Positions 28,690 to 39,076 are shown, counted from the first letter of the stretch. The stretch is 60,472 nt of DNA from Acidobacteriota bacterium (GCA_021813555.1 JAKAKG010000222.1:1-60472), one strand, 5' to 3'. Notes: a model not told the origin generated them from the letters alone. Translations and numbers: made by a program.

Positions 28690-29919
28690 ATGCTCGCGAT
28701 CGTAGACGTCGGACGCCAGCTTTTCCGGGACCTGCGCAGCCAGAAGCTCAGGACCTTCCTGACGGTCTTCGGGATCGTCTGGGGAACGGTGGCCGTGAGC
28801 CTGCTGCTCGCCTTCGGCCAAGGCCTGCACAAGCAGCTCATCAAGAGCGTCGCCGGCCTGGGCGACCGAATCGTCATCGCCTTCCCGGCCCGAACGTCTC
28901 TCCCTTACGAGGGGCTGGGCAAGGGCCGGCCGATCATCGTCCACGAAGAAGACATCCAGGCCGTGGCCCAGGAGGCCTCGGGGCTGGATGCCATCTCGAG
29001 CGAATACACCGGCAGCTTCAAGGTACACCAGGGTGACAAGACCATGGCGGTGGACGTTTCGGGGGTCTTTCCCATCTTCGGCTCCATGCGCAACCTCATT
29101 CCCCAAGAGGGCGGCCGCTTCATCGACGACGTGGATATCGAAGCCCGGCGCCGCGTGGCCTTCCTCGGCGACCAGTTCGCCAAGGATCTCTTCGGCAAGG
29201 AAGATCCCGTCGGCAAGGTCTTCATCGCCCAAGGGTCTCCCTTCCTCGTGGTGGGCGTGCTCAAGGAGAAGGACCAGGACAGCAGCTACAGCGGGCGCGA
29301 CAAGGACAAGATGTTCATCCCGGCCACCACCTTCAAGGCCGTCACCGGACAGAAATACTTGGACCTCTTTATCTACAAGGCCACCACGCCCGAGGGCAAC
29401 AAGGCCCTGACCAAGGACGTGAACAGGATCCTGGGCCGGCGCCTCCATTACGATCCTAGCGACACGGAAGCCTTGAAGGTCTGGGACACGACGGACATGT
29501 TCTCCTTCATGGACGCCTTCATGCTTGGCTTCCAGCTCTTTCTCGGCATCATCGGATGCCTGACCCTCGTGGTGGGCGGTATCGGGGTTTCCAACATCAT
29601 GAACGTGGTGGTGGAGGAGCGGACGCGGGAAATCGGCATCAAGATGGCCCTAGGCGCCAAGAGCGGGTCCATCCTGAAGCAGTTCATCATGGAGACCATG
29701 GTCCTCACGGGCAGCGGGGGACTCCTGGGCCTGCTCCTGTCCGTGGCGATCTGCGCCGCGTTCCCCAGCAGCCTCGTGGAGTACGTAGGTCTACCCGTCG
29801 TGTCGCCATCGGTCGCGGCGTTGACCGCGTCCGCCCTGGGGCTGGTGGGCCTCCTGGCCGGCTATTTCCCCGCCAGGGACGCCAGCAGGCTCGACCCCGT
29901 CGTCGCGATGAAGCTATGA
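28690..29919 (+). CDS. MacB/FtsX-type ABC permease A1
   Basis: 'LRTFLTVFGIVWG', periplasmic domain, 'GGIGVSNIM..V.ERTREIGIKMALGA'. Confidence 0.92.
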   Translation: MLAIVDVGRQLFRDLRSQKLRTFLTVFGIVWGTVAVSLLLAFGQGLHKQLIKSVAGLGDRIVIAFPARTSLPYEGLGKGRPIIVHEEDIQAVAQEASGLDAISSEYTGSFKVHQGDKTMAVDVSGVFPIFGSMRNLIPQEGGRFIDDVDIEARRRVAFLGDQFAKDLFGKEDPVGKVFIAQGSPFLVVGVLKEKDQDSSYSGRDKDKMFIPATTFKAVTGQKYLDLFIYKATTPEGNKALTKDVNRILGRRLHYDPSDTEALKVWDTTDMFSFMDAFMLGFQLFLGIIGCLTLVVGGIGVSNIMNVVVEERTREIGIKMALGAKSGSILKQFIMETMVLTGSGGLLGLLLSVAICAAFPSSLVEYVGLPVVSPSVAALTASALGLVGLLAGYFPARDASRLDPVVAMKL

Positions 29920-29921
29920 AA

Positions 29922-30012
29922 CCGGGAGCGGGGAGCGGGGAGCAGGGAGCGGAGAAATAGATGCGCAAGGAATTCCTTTCGGCTACCTGCTCCCGTTCTA
30001 CCGGCTCCCGCC
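29922..30012. repeat. Bipartite (GGGAGCG)n ... GCTACCTGCTCCC element
   Basis: Heptamer arms; homologous to 33905-33992 and to the reverse complement of 59176-59263. Confidence 0.8.
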
Positions 30013-30022
30013 GGAGGCCCCC

Positions 30023-31273
30023 ATGCGCATGAAACTGATCTTCCAGCTTTTCATCAGGGCTTCCCAGCTTCAGAAGAAGCGGGCCGTCCTCACGGTGGCG
30101 GCCATCGCGTGGGGCACGGTGGCCATCCTCCTCCTGCTGTCCTTCGGCGAAGGATTGAAGAATCAGATGATGCGGGGCCGCAGAGGCATGGGCGAGAACC
30201 TGGCCGTGATCTGGCCCGGTGAGACGTCCATGGCCTGGAAAGGCCTGCCCGCGGGGCGCCCCGTCCGCCCCATCGCGGACGACGTGGACTACCTGCGCAA
30301 GAAGCTTCCGGACCTGGAGGCCGTCCTGGGCGAGATCCACAACTGGGGCGTCGTCATGACCAACGGGCGCACGACCATCACGGGCCATCTCATCGGCACG
30401 AACTGGATTTACGGCGAGGTGCGGAACCACATCCCCCAGCCCGGCGGCCGCTTTTTCAATCCCCTGGACGAGGCGGAGAAAACGCGCGTCATCTTCCTGG
30501 GTGACAAGCTCTCGGAGAAGCTCTACGGGAAGGAGAACCCCGTGGGCAAGACCCTCCTGGTGGACAGCTCTCCCTATCTCGTCATCGGCGTCATGAAGCC
30601 CAAGCTTCAGATGGGCAACTACGCGGGCATGGAGAACGACCACGCCGTGATCCCCATCACGACCTACGTGGGCCAGTACAGCCAACAGCGCCTCAACAAT
30701 CTCGTCCTCAAGGTCAAAAACCCCAAGGACATGCCCCGGGCCCTCAAGGAATTCAAGGAGGCCCTGGGGACGAAATACCGGTTCAACCCCGAGGACCCGA
30801 AAGTTTTCGGCATCTGGGACACGGTGAAGAACTCCATGACCATGAACAACATCATGGTCGGCCTCCAGCTCTTCCTGGGTATCATCGGTGCCCTGACCCT
30901 CCTCATCGGCGGCATCGGCGTGGCCAACATCATGTACGCCGTGGTCAAGGAGAAAACCAGGGAAATCGGCATTCAGATGGCCATGGGGGCCCGGTCTTCA
31001 TGGATTACGGGACCCTTCGTTCTCCAGGGACTGTTGTACACATTGCTGGGCGGGGTTCTGGGCCTGGTCATCTCGGTGGTCATCGTGACCCTCCTGTCCC
31101 TGGTGCCCACCGAGGGCAACCAGGCTCTGGAGCTCATGGGCAAGCCCGCCCTCTCCTGGCAAATCGGCTTCGCTACGGCGGCCATCCTCGGGCTCATCGG
31201 GATCCTCGCCGGCTACTTCCCGGCGCGGCGGGCCGCGGCCGTGGATCCGGCCGAAACCTTGAGGTACGAGTAG
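30023..31273 (+). CDS. MacB/FtsX-type ABC permease B1
   Basis: 'GGIGVANIM..V.EKTREIGI.MAMGA', C-terminal 'PARRAA.VDP.E.LRYE'. Confidence 0.92.
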   Translation: MRMKLIFQLFIRASQLQKKRAVLTVAAIAWGTVAILLLLSFGEGLKNQMMRGRRGMGENLAVIWPGETSMAWKGLPAGRPVRPIADDVDYLRKKLPDLEAVLGEIHNWGVVMTNGRTTITGHLIGTNWIYGEVRNHIPQPGGRFFNPLDEAEKTRVIFLGDKLSEKLYGKENPVGKTLLVDSSPYLVIGVMKPKLQMGNYAGMENDHAVIPITTYVGQYSQQRLNNLVLKVKNPKDMPRALKEFKEALGTKYRFNPEDPKVFGIWDTVKNSMTMNNIMVGLQLFLGIIGALTLLIGGIGVANIMYAVVKEKTREIGIQMAMGARSSWITGPFVLQGLLYTLLGGVLGLVISVVIVTLLSLVPTEGNQALELMGKPALSWQIGFATAAILGLIGILAGYFPARRAAAVDPAETLRYE

Positions 31274-31429
31274 GGCGGTGATTGGCGATGAGCTGAAAGC
31301 TGATCACTTTTGGCTGTTGGCTGTGGGTTGAGGGACGGTAGACAAAAAGGACCACGAACCGTCTGTAGTATAAAATGGTCACCGGCGCCCCCTCCGCCTG
31401 AATCAAGGCGGCCAGGGGCTTAGAGGCTT

Positions 31430-32551
31430 ATGGGGGGTTCTGTGAATCGGACAATAAAAATCGGGATATTCGCCGTCGCCGTGTGCGGCGCCGCCGCAGG
31501 GATTTACGCCCTTCTCGCCAACAGCAAAAAGGGCGAGGGTGGCCCTAAGGCGGTTGAGGTGAAGCTGGGGTCCATCACCGACAAGGCCCAGGCCGTGGGC
31601 GACATCGAACCCAAGCAGCGGTTCTCGGTGAAATCCAAAATCCCTGGCATCGTGAAGAACTGCTTCGTGGAGGTTGGCGACCAGGTCAAGACCGGAGACC
31701 CGCTCTTCGAGATCGGCCCCGATCCCACCCCTTCCGAGCGCACGGGTGTGGACAGGGCCACCGACCGCGCCCAAGCTTCCTACAATCGGTCCAAGGCCAA
31801 GTACGAGCGATACAAAGGGCTCCAGACCAGCGGCATCATCTCCAAGCAGGACTACGAGGACACCAAGGAGGAGTACGAGCTCGCCAAGGTGGCCCTCGCC
31901 GAGGCGCAAGAGAACCGCGACATCGCCCTCAAGGGGCGGATCGAGACGGGCAGCGCCAAAGTGGAGTCGATCATCCGGGCTCCCGCCGACGGAACCGTCC
32001 TCACGCGCGCCGTCAACCCCGGTGACCCCATCGTTCCCCTCACCTCCTTCCAGCCCGGAACGGAGCTGGCGGCCGTGGCCGACATGCGCGAGCTCCTCTT
32101 CCGCGGTACGGTGGACGAGATCGACGTGGGGCGTCTCGCCATGGGCCTCCCGGCGCGCATCAAGGTGGGGGCCATCGCCTCAGGCGAGGTGACGGGAAAG
32201 CTCACGCGCATCGCGCCCCAATCGCGGGTGAAGGACGGGGCCACCGTGTTCGACGTGGAGATCACCCTCGATCCAGGCCAGAAGGCCGCCCTCAGAGCAG
32301 GTTACTCCTGCAATGCAGCCATCATCATCCAGGAGAAGAAAGGCGTTCTCCTCATTCCCGAACGAGTCGTCTCCTACGAGAAGGCGAAGGAGAAAGCCTC
32401 CGTGGAAGTCCCCGGACCCGACGCGGACGGACCACCCAGGAAGGTGAACATCACCGTGGGCATCTCCGACGGGCTCGACGTCGAAATCCTGTCCGGTCTC
32501 AAGGCTGGAGACAAGGTGCTTGAGAAGGTAGCGAAGGAGAGCAAGGGCTAG
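31430..32551 (+). CDS. Periplasmic adaptor (MacA/YknX-like), copy 2
   Basis: Paralog of 27472..28578 (shared 'LTRAVNPGDPIVPLTSFQPGTE'). Confidence 0.9.
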   Translation: MGGSVNRTIKIGIFAVAVCGAAAGIYALLANSKKGEGGPKAVEVKLGSITDKAQAVGDIEPKQRFSVKSKIPGIVKNCFVEVGDQVKTGDPLFEIGPDPTPSERTGVDRATDRAQASYNRSKAKYERYKGLQTSGIISKQDYEDTKEEYELAKVALAEAQENRDIALKGRIETGSAKVESIIRAPADGTVLTRAVNPGDPIVPLTSFQPGTELAAVADMRELLFRGTVDEIDVGRLAMGLPARIKVGAIASGEVTGKLTRIAPQSRVKDGATVFDVEITLDPGQKAALRAGYSCNAAIIIQEKKGVLLIPERVVSYEKAKEKASVEVPGPDADGPPRKVNITVGISDGLDVEILSGLKAGDKVLEKVAKESKG

Positions 32552-32656
32552 CGAAGCGCGAGACGCAAGGGGCGAAACGCGAGACGCGAGATGGCTTCGC
32601 CGGTTTGATGGTGTCCCGCTCAATCGCTTGATCGCTCAAACGCTTAATAGCCCATA
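32552..32656. repeat. Bipartite repeat: (GCGAGAC)n then octamer (CGCTYAAT)x~5
   Basis: gcgaagc gcgagac gcaaggg gcgaaac gcgagac gcgagat; cgctcaat cgcttgat cgctcaaa cgcttaat. Confidence 0.75.
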
Positions 32657-32666
32657 CGAGGACTTC

Positions 32667-33902
32667 ATGCTCGCTCTCAAGATAGCCATCCAGCAGCTTC
32701 TCGTGGACGTGCGCAGCCAGCGGCTGCGGACGCTCCTCACGGTGCTGGGCATCACATGGGGGACGGTGGCCCTGGGCTTGCTTCTGGCTTTCGGCCGGGG
32801 CCTCCATCAGAACATGAGGTCCCAGCTGGCGCGGGCCGGCGAGAACGTCGTCTTCGCCTGGACGGGCAGCACCTACAAATCCTGGGAGGGCTTCAAAAAG
32901 GGCCGGCCGCTCCAGCTTACGGACGAGGACCTGGAGGCGGTCAGGAATCAAGCCGTCAACCTGGGTGCCATATCCACGGGCCAGCACTGGAACATGATGG
33001 CGACCTGCGGCACCCAGTCCATCGAGTCGGATGTCACCGGCGTGACGGCGCCTGACTATTTCGCCATCCGCCGCCTGCCCATCCTTCCCGGCGGCCGGGC
33101 CCTCGTCCCCAGGGATATCGAGGAGAGCCGGCGCGTGGCCTTCGTGGGGTACCGCATCGCCGAGCAGCTCACGGGGGATAAGAACCCGGTGGGCAAGGAG
33201 ATCCTCCTTCAGAACTTCTCCTTCATCATCGTGGGAGTCCTTGACCCCGAGGACCAGCCCGGGGGCGACGAAGGATGGGACTCGGACGCCGTGGTCATCC
33301 CCATCACCACCTTCCGGTCTCTCACGGGCCAGCAAAAATTCAGGTTTTTCCTGTTCAAGCCGGCCGATCCCACCCGGAACAAGGAGACCGTTGAGAGCGT
33401 CCGTGGCGTGTTGGCGCGGCGTCTCCAGTTCGATCCAACCGACAAGGGGGCCCTCGACTTCGACGACTTCACGGAGTTCGGGCGCTCCGCCGACGCGTTC
33501 ATGACCGCCATCGCGCTCCTGCTCGGGGTTTCGGGGCTGCTTACCCTGGTGGCCGGCGGGGTAGGCGTCTCCAACATCATGAGGGTCACCGTGGAGGAGC
33601 GCACCCACGAGATCGGCATCAAGATGGCCCTGGGCGCGAGGAGCGGCCTCATCCTCTCCTCGTTCCTCCTGGAAACCATCATCCTCACGGCGGCGGGGGG
33701 CCTCATCGGCCTGCTGGCCGCCTACGGGACCATTGGAGTCTTTCCCCGGTTCGACCTCAAGCAATACGTGGGCACGCCGAACCTGTCCCTGGGGTACTAC
33801 CTGCTCATCGTGACCCTCTTAGGGCTGGTGGGTCTTGCGGCGGGGTACGGGCCCGCCAAACGCGCCAGCAGGATGGACCCCGTTTTCGCCATGAAGCTTT
33901 GA
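32667..33902 (+). CDS. MacB/FtsX-type ABC permease A2
   Basis: Paralog of 28690..29919 (same C-terminal 'DPV.AMKL'); ATG after GAGGA. Confidence 0.9.
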   Translation: MLALKIAIQQLLVDVRSQRLRTLLTVLGITWGTVALGLLLAFGRGLHQNMRSQLARAGENVVFAWTGSTYKSWEGFKKGRPLQLTDEDLEAVRNQAVNLGAISTGQHWNMMATCGTQSIESDVTGVTAPDYFAIRRLPILPGGRALVPRDIEESRRVAFVGYRIAEQLTGDKNPVGKEILLQNFSFIIVGVLDPEDQPGGDEGWDSDAVVIPITTFRSLTGQQKFRFFLFKPADPTRNKETVESVRGVLARRLQFDPTDKGALDFDDFTEFGRSADAFMTAIALLLGVSGLLTLVAGGVGVSNIMRVTVEERTHEIGIKMALGARSGLILSSFLLETIILTAAGGLIGLLAAYGTIGVFPRFDLKQYVGTPNLSLGYYLLIVTLLGLVGLAAGYGPAKRASRMDPVFAMKL

Positions 33903-33904
33903 AG

Positions 33905-33992
33905 TTGGCAGCTGGGAGCGGGGAGCAGGGAGTGGAGAACAAGATGCAGATTGGATCATTTCCGGCTACCTGCTCCCATTCTCCCTGGTCCC
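33905..33992. repeat. Bipartite GGGAGC/GCTCCC element
   Basis: gggagcggggagcagggagtggagaacaagatgc..ttccggctacctgctcccattctcc. Confidence 0.78.
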
Positions 33993-34005
33993 GAAAGGTC
34001 TGTCC

Positions 34006-35259
34006 ATGCGCCTTGGCCTGATCTTCCACCTCCTGAAGACCTCGCTCCTCCACCAGCGCAGGAGGGCGGCCCTGACCATCCTCACGGTGGCCTGGGGCAC
34101 CCTCTCCATGGTCTTTCTCCTGGCCTTCGGGGAAGGGGCGAGGGTGAAGGCGGAAGAGGAATTCAAGGGCTGGGGCGAGGCCTTTGCCATGGTTCACGCG
34201 GGGCGAACGAACAAGGAGTGGCAGGGGTATCCGAAGGGCCGCCAGATCCAGATCTGGTCGAGGGACATCCCGGTGATCCAAGGCCGTCTCGGTGAGGACG
34301 TTCTGATCTCCGGCTGGATTGGAAGGGGAGGCATCCTCCTCGACCACGACGGGACCACCGCCGTGGTGAGCCTCCGCGGCGTGGATGCGCCCTTCGAGCG
34401 GCTCCGGAACATCAAGCCGGTCGAGGGAGGGCGGTTCCTCTCGGCGCGGGACGAGCAGGAGAAGAGGCGCGTGATCTTCCTCGGGGACATGCTCGCCGCG
34501 GAGCTCTTCGGCGAAGAGGAGCCGGTGGGACAGAGCCTCCTCGTGAACGGGCAGCGCTACATGGTCATCGGGGTGCTTCAGCACAAGCTCGCGCAGGGGC
34601 TCGGCGGGGAAAGCCCCGACACCCGCATGGCGGTCATTCCGCGATCCACGCTCCTCTTCCAGTTCGGCGACCGGCCCCTGGGCGTCCTCGTGGTCATGCC
34701 GCCCAACCCGGACCAGATGGACGCGACGCTCGGAAGCCTCAAGGAGACCCTCAGCTCCCTGTACAAGCTGGATCCCGAGGACGAGCAGGCCCTTCACATA
34801 TGGGACAGAGCCAAGAACGCGCAGGACATGCGCAACATGTTCACCGCCATCCTGGCTTTTCTCGCCATCATCGGCGGGCTCACCCTCTTCATCGGCGGAG
34901 TGAGCGTGGCCAACATCATGTTCGCCATCGTCAAAGAGCGGACCCGCGAAATCGGCGTCAAGATGGCCATGGGCGCCCGCCGCAGGCAGATCGTGCTGCC
35001 CATCCTCATGGAGGGGATGCTCTACACCTTGTCGGGAGGGGCCGTGGGGCTGGCCGTGTCGGTGGTGCTCGTGGAGCTCATGGGGGCCCTGCCCACGGAT
35101 AAATACAAAGGCCTCTCCATGATAGGCCATCCGACCATCTCGTGGAGCATCGCGCTCCTCACGGTGGCGATCCTGGCCGTCGTGGGCACTCTGGCCGGCT
35201 ATTTCCCCGCCCGGCGTGCGGCCTCCATCAACCCCGCGGAGACGCTGAGGTATGAGTGA
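34006..35259 (+). CDS. MacB/FtsX-type ABC permease B2
   Basis: Paralog of 30023..31273 (C-terminal 'PAETLRYE'). Confidence 0.9.
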   Translation: MRLGLIFHLLKTSLLHQRRRAALTILTVAWGTLSMVFLLAFGEGARVKAEEEFKGWGEAFAMVHAGRTNKEWQGYPKGRQIQIWSRDIPVIQGRLGEDVLISGWIGRGGILLDHDGTTAVVSLRGVDAPFERLRNIKPVEGGRFLSARDEQEKRRVIFLGDMLAAELFGEEEPVGQSLLVNGQRYMVIGVLQHKLAQGLGGESPDTRMAVIPRSTLLFQFGDRPLGVLVVMPPNPDQMDATLGSLKETLSSLYKLDPEDEQALHIWDRAKNAQDMRNMFTAILAFLAIIGGLTLFIGGVSVANIMFAIVKERTREIGVKMAMGARRRQIVLPILMEGMLYTLSGGAVGLAVSVVLVELMGALPTDKYKGLSMIGHPTISWSIALLTVAILAVVGTLAGYFPARRAASINPAETLRYE

Positions 35260-35261
35260 GT

Positions 35262-35432
35262 GGGACGGGAGCAGGGAGAAGGGGAGCGGGGAGAAGGGGA
35301 CAGAGAACAAGGAACAGAGAACAGGGGGCAGGATGATTGCTGGTTGCGGATTGCACTGGGCAGGAGCGGCGGGAACGATTCCTTGCATCTCGCGTCTTGC
35401 CCCTCTCCCTGCTTCCCGCTCCCCGCTCCCGA
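35262..35432. repeat. Bipartite heptamer repeats (GGGAGMR)n, (AGAGAAC)n ... (CGCTCCC)n
   Basis: Purine arm at 35262-35330, pyrimidine arm at ~35387-35430. Confidence 0.78.
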
Positions 35433-35508
35433 AACCCCAGAGGGCGCTTTTGCGTAAGTCCTCCTAGCTGACGGTGGAGTGCCGGCGGCTTTTCCTCACG
35501 GAGCGCCC

Positions 35509-36246
35509 ATGAATTGGCCCTTGGGAAAAAGAAACGGGAAGAACGGAAACGGCGGCAATGGCGCCATCATCGAGATGGCCTCCATCCGGAAGGTCTACGA
35601 TACGGGCAAGGTCCAGGTGGAGGCCCTTAAGGGCATTAATCTGGCGGTGCACAAGGGCGAATTCGTAGCCATCGTGGGGCCCTCGGGCTCGGGCAAATCC
35701 ACCCTCATGAATCTCATCGGATGCCTGGACACCCCTACGGACGGAACCTACCACCTCGCGGGCGAAGCCGTGGCCGGCCTGGATCGAGACCGCCTCGCGG
35801 ACGTGCGCAACCGCCGCGTCGGCTTCGTCTTCCAGAATTTCAACCTCCTGCCCCAGATCTCCGCCTTCGAGAACGTGGAGCTGCCCATGCTCTTCGGCGG
35901 CGTGGCCAAGGCGGAGCGCAAGAGCCGCGTGGAGGAACTGCTGGGGCGCGTGGGTCTGGCCGAGCGCATGGACCACAAGCCCACGGAGCTCTCAGGCGGC
36001 CAGATGCAACGCGTGGCCATCGCCCGGGCCCTGGCCATGAATCCCGACATCGTCCTCGCTGACGAACCCACGGGCAACCTGGACACGACCTCCGGAGGGG
36101 ACATCATGGGCCTCTTCAAGGAGCTGTGGGCCCAAGGCAGCACCCTCGTCGTGGTGACGCACGACATGGCCCTCGCGGATCGCGCGGGGCGCATCGTCGA
36201 GATCCGCGACGGCCGGGTGACGCGGGACACCGTCGCCGCGGCATAA
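35509..36246 (+). CDS. ABC ATPase (LolD/MacB-type)
   Basis: Walker A GPSGSGKS, LSGGQ, 'LADEPTGNLD', VTHD. Confidence 0.95.
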   Translation: MNWPLGKRNGKNGNGGNGAIIEMASIRKVYDTGKVQVEALKGINLAVHKGEFVAIVGPSGSGKSTLMNLIGCLDTPTDGTYHLAGEAVAGLDRDRLADVRNRRVGFVFQNFNLLPQISAFENVELPMLFGGVAKAERKSRVEELLGRVGLAERMDHKPTELSGGQMQRVAIARALAMNPDIVLADEPTGNLDTTSGGDIMGLFKELWAQGSTLVVVTHDMALADRAGRIVEIRDGRVTRDTVAAA

Positions 36247-36335
36247 GCGCGGGACGCGATGAAGCGACACGCGAGACGCAAGACGCGATTAAGCGAGACG
36301 CGACTAGGCGAGACGCGATTAAGCGAGACGCGAAC
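36247..36335. repeat. Tandem repeat of a ~15-nt unit GCGAGACGCGATTAA (heptamer plus octamer)
   Basis: gcgagacgcaagacgcgattaa gcgagacgcgactag gcgagacgcgattaa gcgagacgcga. Confidence 0.8.
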
Positions 36336-36431
36336 CGCTCCGGGGCAAGCGCTAGGCGCGCGGTGGGATAGGGGCGCTGCGACGACGGCCGGACGAGACC
36401 ATCGCGGCGGCCGTGTGGTATCTTCAGACCC

Positions 36432-37205
36432 ATGAGAATCTATCTGTCACGGTGGCTGTGCTTGGATGTGGCATCGAACCTCGCGAGGCTCCGAGAGGAG
36501 GCGCGGGAGGCGGCGCAGGCCGGGGCGCGCTGGGTGGTTTTCCCGGAGAGCTTCCTCCACGGATACACGCGGCGTGCAGACCCGGCCCAGGTGCGGCGCA
36601 CCTTGGGGGAAGTTTCTTCGGAGCATCCGGCCACCGTTTTCTTTTTCGGCTCATTCTCCGAGGACAGGCGGAACCGGATGACCGTCTGGCTGGGCGGCCG
36701 CGAGCTCGCCCGGTACGACAAGGTGCACCTGTTCGGCCCCAACAACGAGCCGCAGCTTTGGGATCCGGGCGACCGATATTCGGCAGTCGATCTGACAGGC
36801 TGCCCGGTGGGGCTTCTCAACTGCAACGACCTGCGCTTTCCGGAGCAGGCCCGGGCCTTGAAGCTCAAGGCCGGCGTGCAGGCGTACGTGGCGGTTGCCT
36901 GGTGGCCCTGGCGTCGGACCCACGTTTGGGAAACCCTCCTGCGCGCGAGGGCCATCGAGAACGGCGCCTGGGTGTTCGGCTGCTGTGTTGCGGGATCGCG
37001 CTTTCCTGGAGAAGACTTCGCGGGAGCGGGGAACTACGCGTTCGATCCCGCCGGGGAGCCGGTCCGCACGCGGGATGACCGGACCTATGAGTGCGACCTT
37101 TCTTCGCCCCCCGCCCTCGTCGTCGACACGGCGATATCCTCGGTGGATATCGCAACAGTGGAAGTCTTCCAGATCGGAGAAGGGACTAGGGGACTGGGGG
37201 ATTAG
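36432..37205 (+). CDS. Carbon-nitrogen hydrolase (nitrilase/amidase family)
   Basis: Catalytic triad contexts VFPE, YDKVHLF, NCNDLRFPE; 'LLRARAIEN'. Confidence 0.88.
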   Translation: MRIYLSRWLCLDVASNLARLREEAREAAQAGARWVVFPESFLHGYTRRADPAQVRRTLGEVSSEHPATVFFFGSFSEDRRNRMTVWLGGRELARYDKVHLFGPNNEPQLWDPGDRYSAVDLTGCPVGLLNCNDLRFPEQARALKLKAGVQAYVAVAWWPWRRTHVWETLLRARAIENGAWVFGCCVAGSRFPGEDFAGAGNYAFDPAGEPVRTRDDRTYECDLSSPPALVVDTAISSVDIATVEVFQIGEGTRGLGD

Positions 37206-37358
37206 GAGACTAGGGGACTAGGGGACTAGGGGATTAGGGGACTAGGGGACTAGGAAGGGAAACGGCGGGAACTCCCCCGCTGTCTGCTTTTTCCTTAATC
37301 TCCTCACTTCTCACTCCTCACTTCTCACTCCTCACTCTTCACTTCTCACTCCTCATAT
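37182..37358. repeat. Bipartite repeat: octamer (GGGACTAG)x~9, terminator-like hairpin, heptamer (CTCACTY)x~8
   Basis: Octamers at 37182-37254 supply the last codons and stop of the upstream gene; hairpin ACGGCGGG..CCCGCTGT-CTGCTTTTT; heptamers at 37299-37356. Confidence 0.9.
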
Positions 37359-37476
37359 TCCACCGTCTTTCCAATTCCATTTTCCTGGCATGGTGCCTCC
37401 TGGGGTGCATTCTACCGCGGCGGCTTTGTGCTTCGGCAAGGGCCTCTGCTATCCTTCGCGTCTAGGGAGGTGTGCA

Positions 37477-39015
37477 ATGAAGTGGATCAGGCCTCTTCTG
37501 ATTGCATCAGCGCTCGGCTTGCTGGCGCTGGGGGCCTTCGGTGCCGCATCGGCCCCGCCCAAGAGCTACAGCTTCACCATCCTTCATTTCAACGACTTCC
37601 ACGGCCAGGTGGAGCCGGTGTGCGAGGAACCAGGAAAACCCTGCGGCGGTCTGGCGCGCCTGGCGGGCCAAGTGTCGGCCGCCGAGGCGGACGCCGCGGC
37701 GCGCGGGGAGAAGGCCTTCCTGTTCTTTGCGGGGGATCTCTTCACGGGGACCGCCTTCTCGACCCTCTTCCAGGGCGGACCCGAGTTCGACGCCCTCTCC
37801 CGCATGGGCGTCACGGCCATGACCACGGGCAACCACGAGTGGGACTTCGGGCCCGGTGTGCTCGTGGCGAGGGTGCGGAAGGCCTCCTTCCCCGTGGTTC
37901 TGGACAACGTCAAAGCCGCGGACCCCGCTCATGTCTTTTGGGTTCCCTCCCTGGACCTGAAGGCGGGTGATCTGCGCATCGGAGTCCTCGGGGTCACCAC
38001 GCCCGACACGCCCGTCACCACGGCCCCCGGCAATACCCAGGGCTTCTCCTTCTCGGACCCGGTGGCCGCGGTGGGAGCCGAGCTGGCCGTCCATCAAAAG
38101 GATTGGGATTTCGTCATCGTGGTGAGCCACTGCGGATTTGAGGTGGACAAAGCCCTGGCGGACCGGTACCCATCTTTGGGGCTCATCGTGGGGGGCCACG
38201 ACCACAAGGTTCTCGAAGCGCCCTTCGTGGAAAACGGTGTTCCCATCGTGCAGGCGGGTGACCGGGGACGGTTCCTCGGGGAAGTCCGCGTGACGATGGA
38301 GAAGGGGAAGAAGCCCGTCGTCACGGGCCGCCTCCTGCCCATCACTCCCGAGATGCCTGAGAGCCCGGGGGTCAAGAGCCTGCTCGCGCCCTACCTTGCC
38401 AAAGAAGAGAGCGCCCTGGGAGCGGTCATCGGCAAACTGCCCGCCGCTCTTTCTGGGGACAGAGAGATATTGCGGACGCAGGAGGCCCCCATCGGCGACC
38501 TGCTGGCCGACGCCATGCGCTCCGAAGCTAAGGCCGACGTGGCGTTCGTCAACGGCGGGACGATCCGCGCGGGGCTCCCCGCCGGCGATGTGACGGGCCG
38601 CGACCTCTACGCCTGTCTGCCCTTTTTCGATTCCCTCTGCACCGTCCGCCTTACGGGAGCGCAGGTGCAGAGCCTCCTGGACCGCTGCGCGTCCATGCCT
38701 CTCCAGGATGCCCCCGGCGGATTCCTCCAGGTGAGCGGCCTCTCGGTGCGCTATGAAGGGGGAAAGGCGCGCGGTGTTGCCGTGGGCGGTGTTCCCCTGG
38801 ACCCGGCTCGGAGCTATCTCGTAGCGTGCACCCATTTCCTCCTCTCCGGAGGGGACGGGTTGGACGAGTTCAAGGCCGGGACGGACGTGCGGGATTGGGG
38901 CATCAGCCTCCAGGAACTTCTGCGGAGGAAGCTGGAAAGCCCCCGCCTGGCCCTTCCCGAGGCGGGTGAGCGCATCCGCCGAATTGATGCGCCGCCAGCG
39001 CGGAAGGCCGCGTGA
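37477..39015 (+). CDS. Periplasmic 5'-nucleotidase/UDP-sugar hydrolase (UshA family)
   Basis: Signal peptide, 'HFNDFHG', 'AGD', 'GNHEWDFG', 'VSH', 'GGHDH', C-terminal 'NGGTIRA' and 'LQVSGL'. Confidence 0.9.
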   Translation: MKWIRPLLIASALGLLALGAFGAASAPPKSYSFTILHFNDFHGQVEPVCEEPGKPCGGLARLAGQVSAAEADAAARGEKAFLFFAGDLFTGTAFSTLFQGGPEFDALSRMGVTAMTTGNHEWDFGPGVLVARVRKASFPVVLDNVKAADPAHVFWVPSLDLKAGDLRIGVLGVTTPDTPVTTAPGNTQGFSFSDPVAAVGAELAVHQKDWDFVIVVSHCGFEVDKALADRYPSLGLIVGGHDHKVLEAPFVENGVPIVQAGDRGRFLGEVRVTMEKGKKPVVTGRLLPITPEMPESPGVKSLLAPYLAKEESALGAVIGKLPAALSGDREILRTQEAPIGDLLADAMRSEAKADVAFVNGGTIRAGLPAGDVTGRDLYACLPFFDSLCTVRLTGAQVQSLLDRCASMPLQDAPGGFLQVSGLSVRYEGGKARGVAVGGVPLDPARSYLVACTHFLLSGGDGLDEFKAGTDVRDWGISLQELLRRKLESPRLALPEAGERIRRIDAPPARKAA

Positions 39016-39076
39016 AAGAAGCGCGGCGCTTGGGAATCTCTGGGCAGGTTAAGGAGTTACAAAGCATGGGGATACT

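Noticed and set aside
36247-36335. Possible CRISPR array from the ~15-nt repeats
   Set aside because: The units are contiguous with no unique spacers, are too short, and no cas genes are present.
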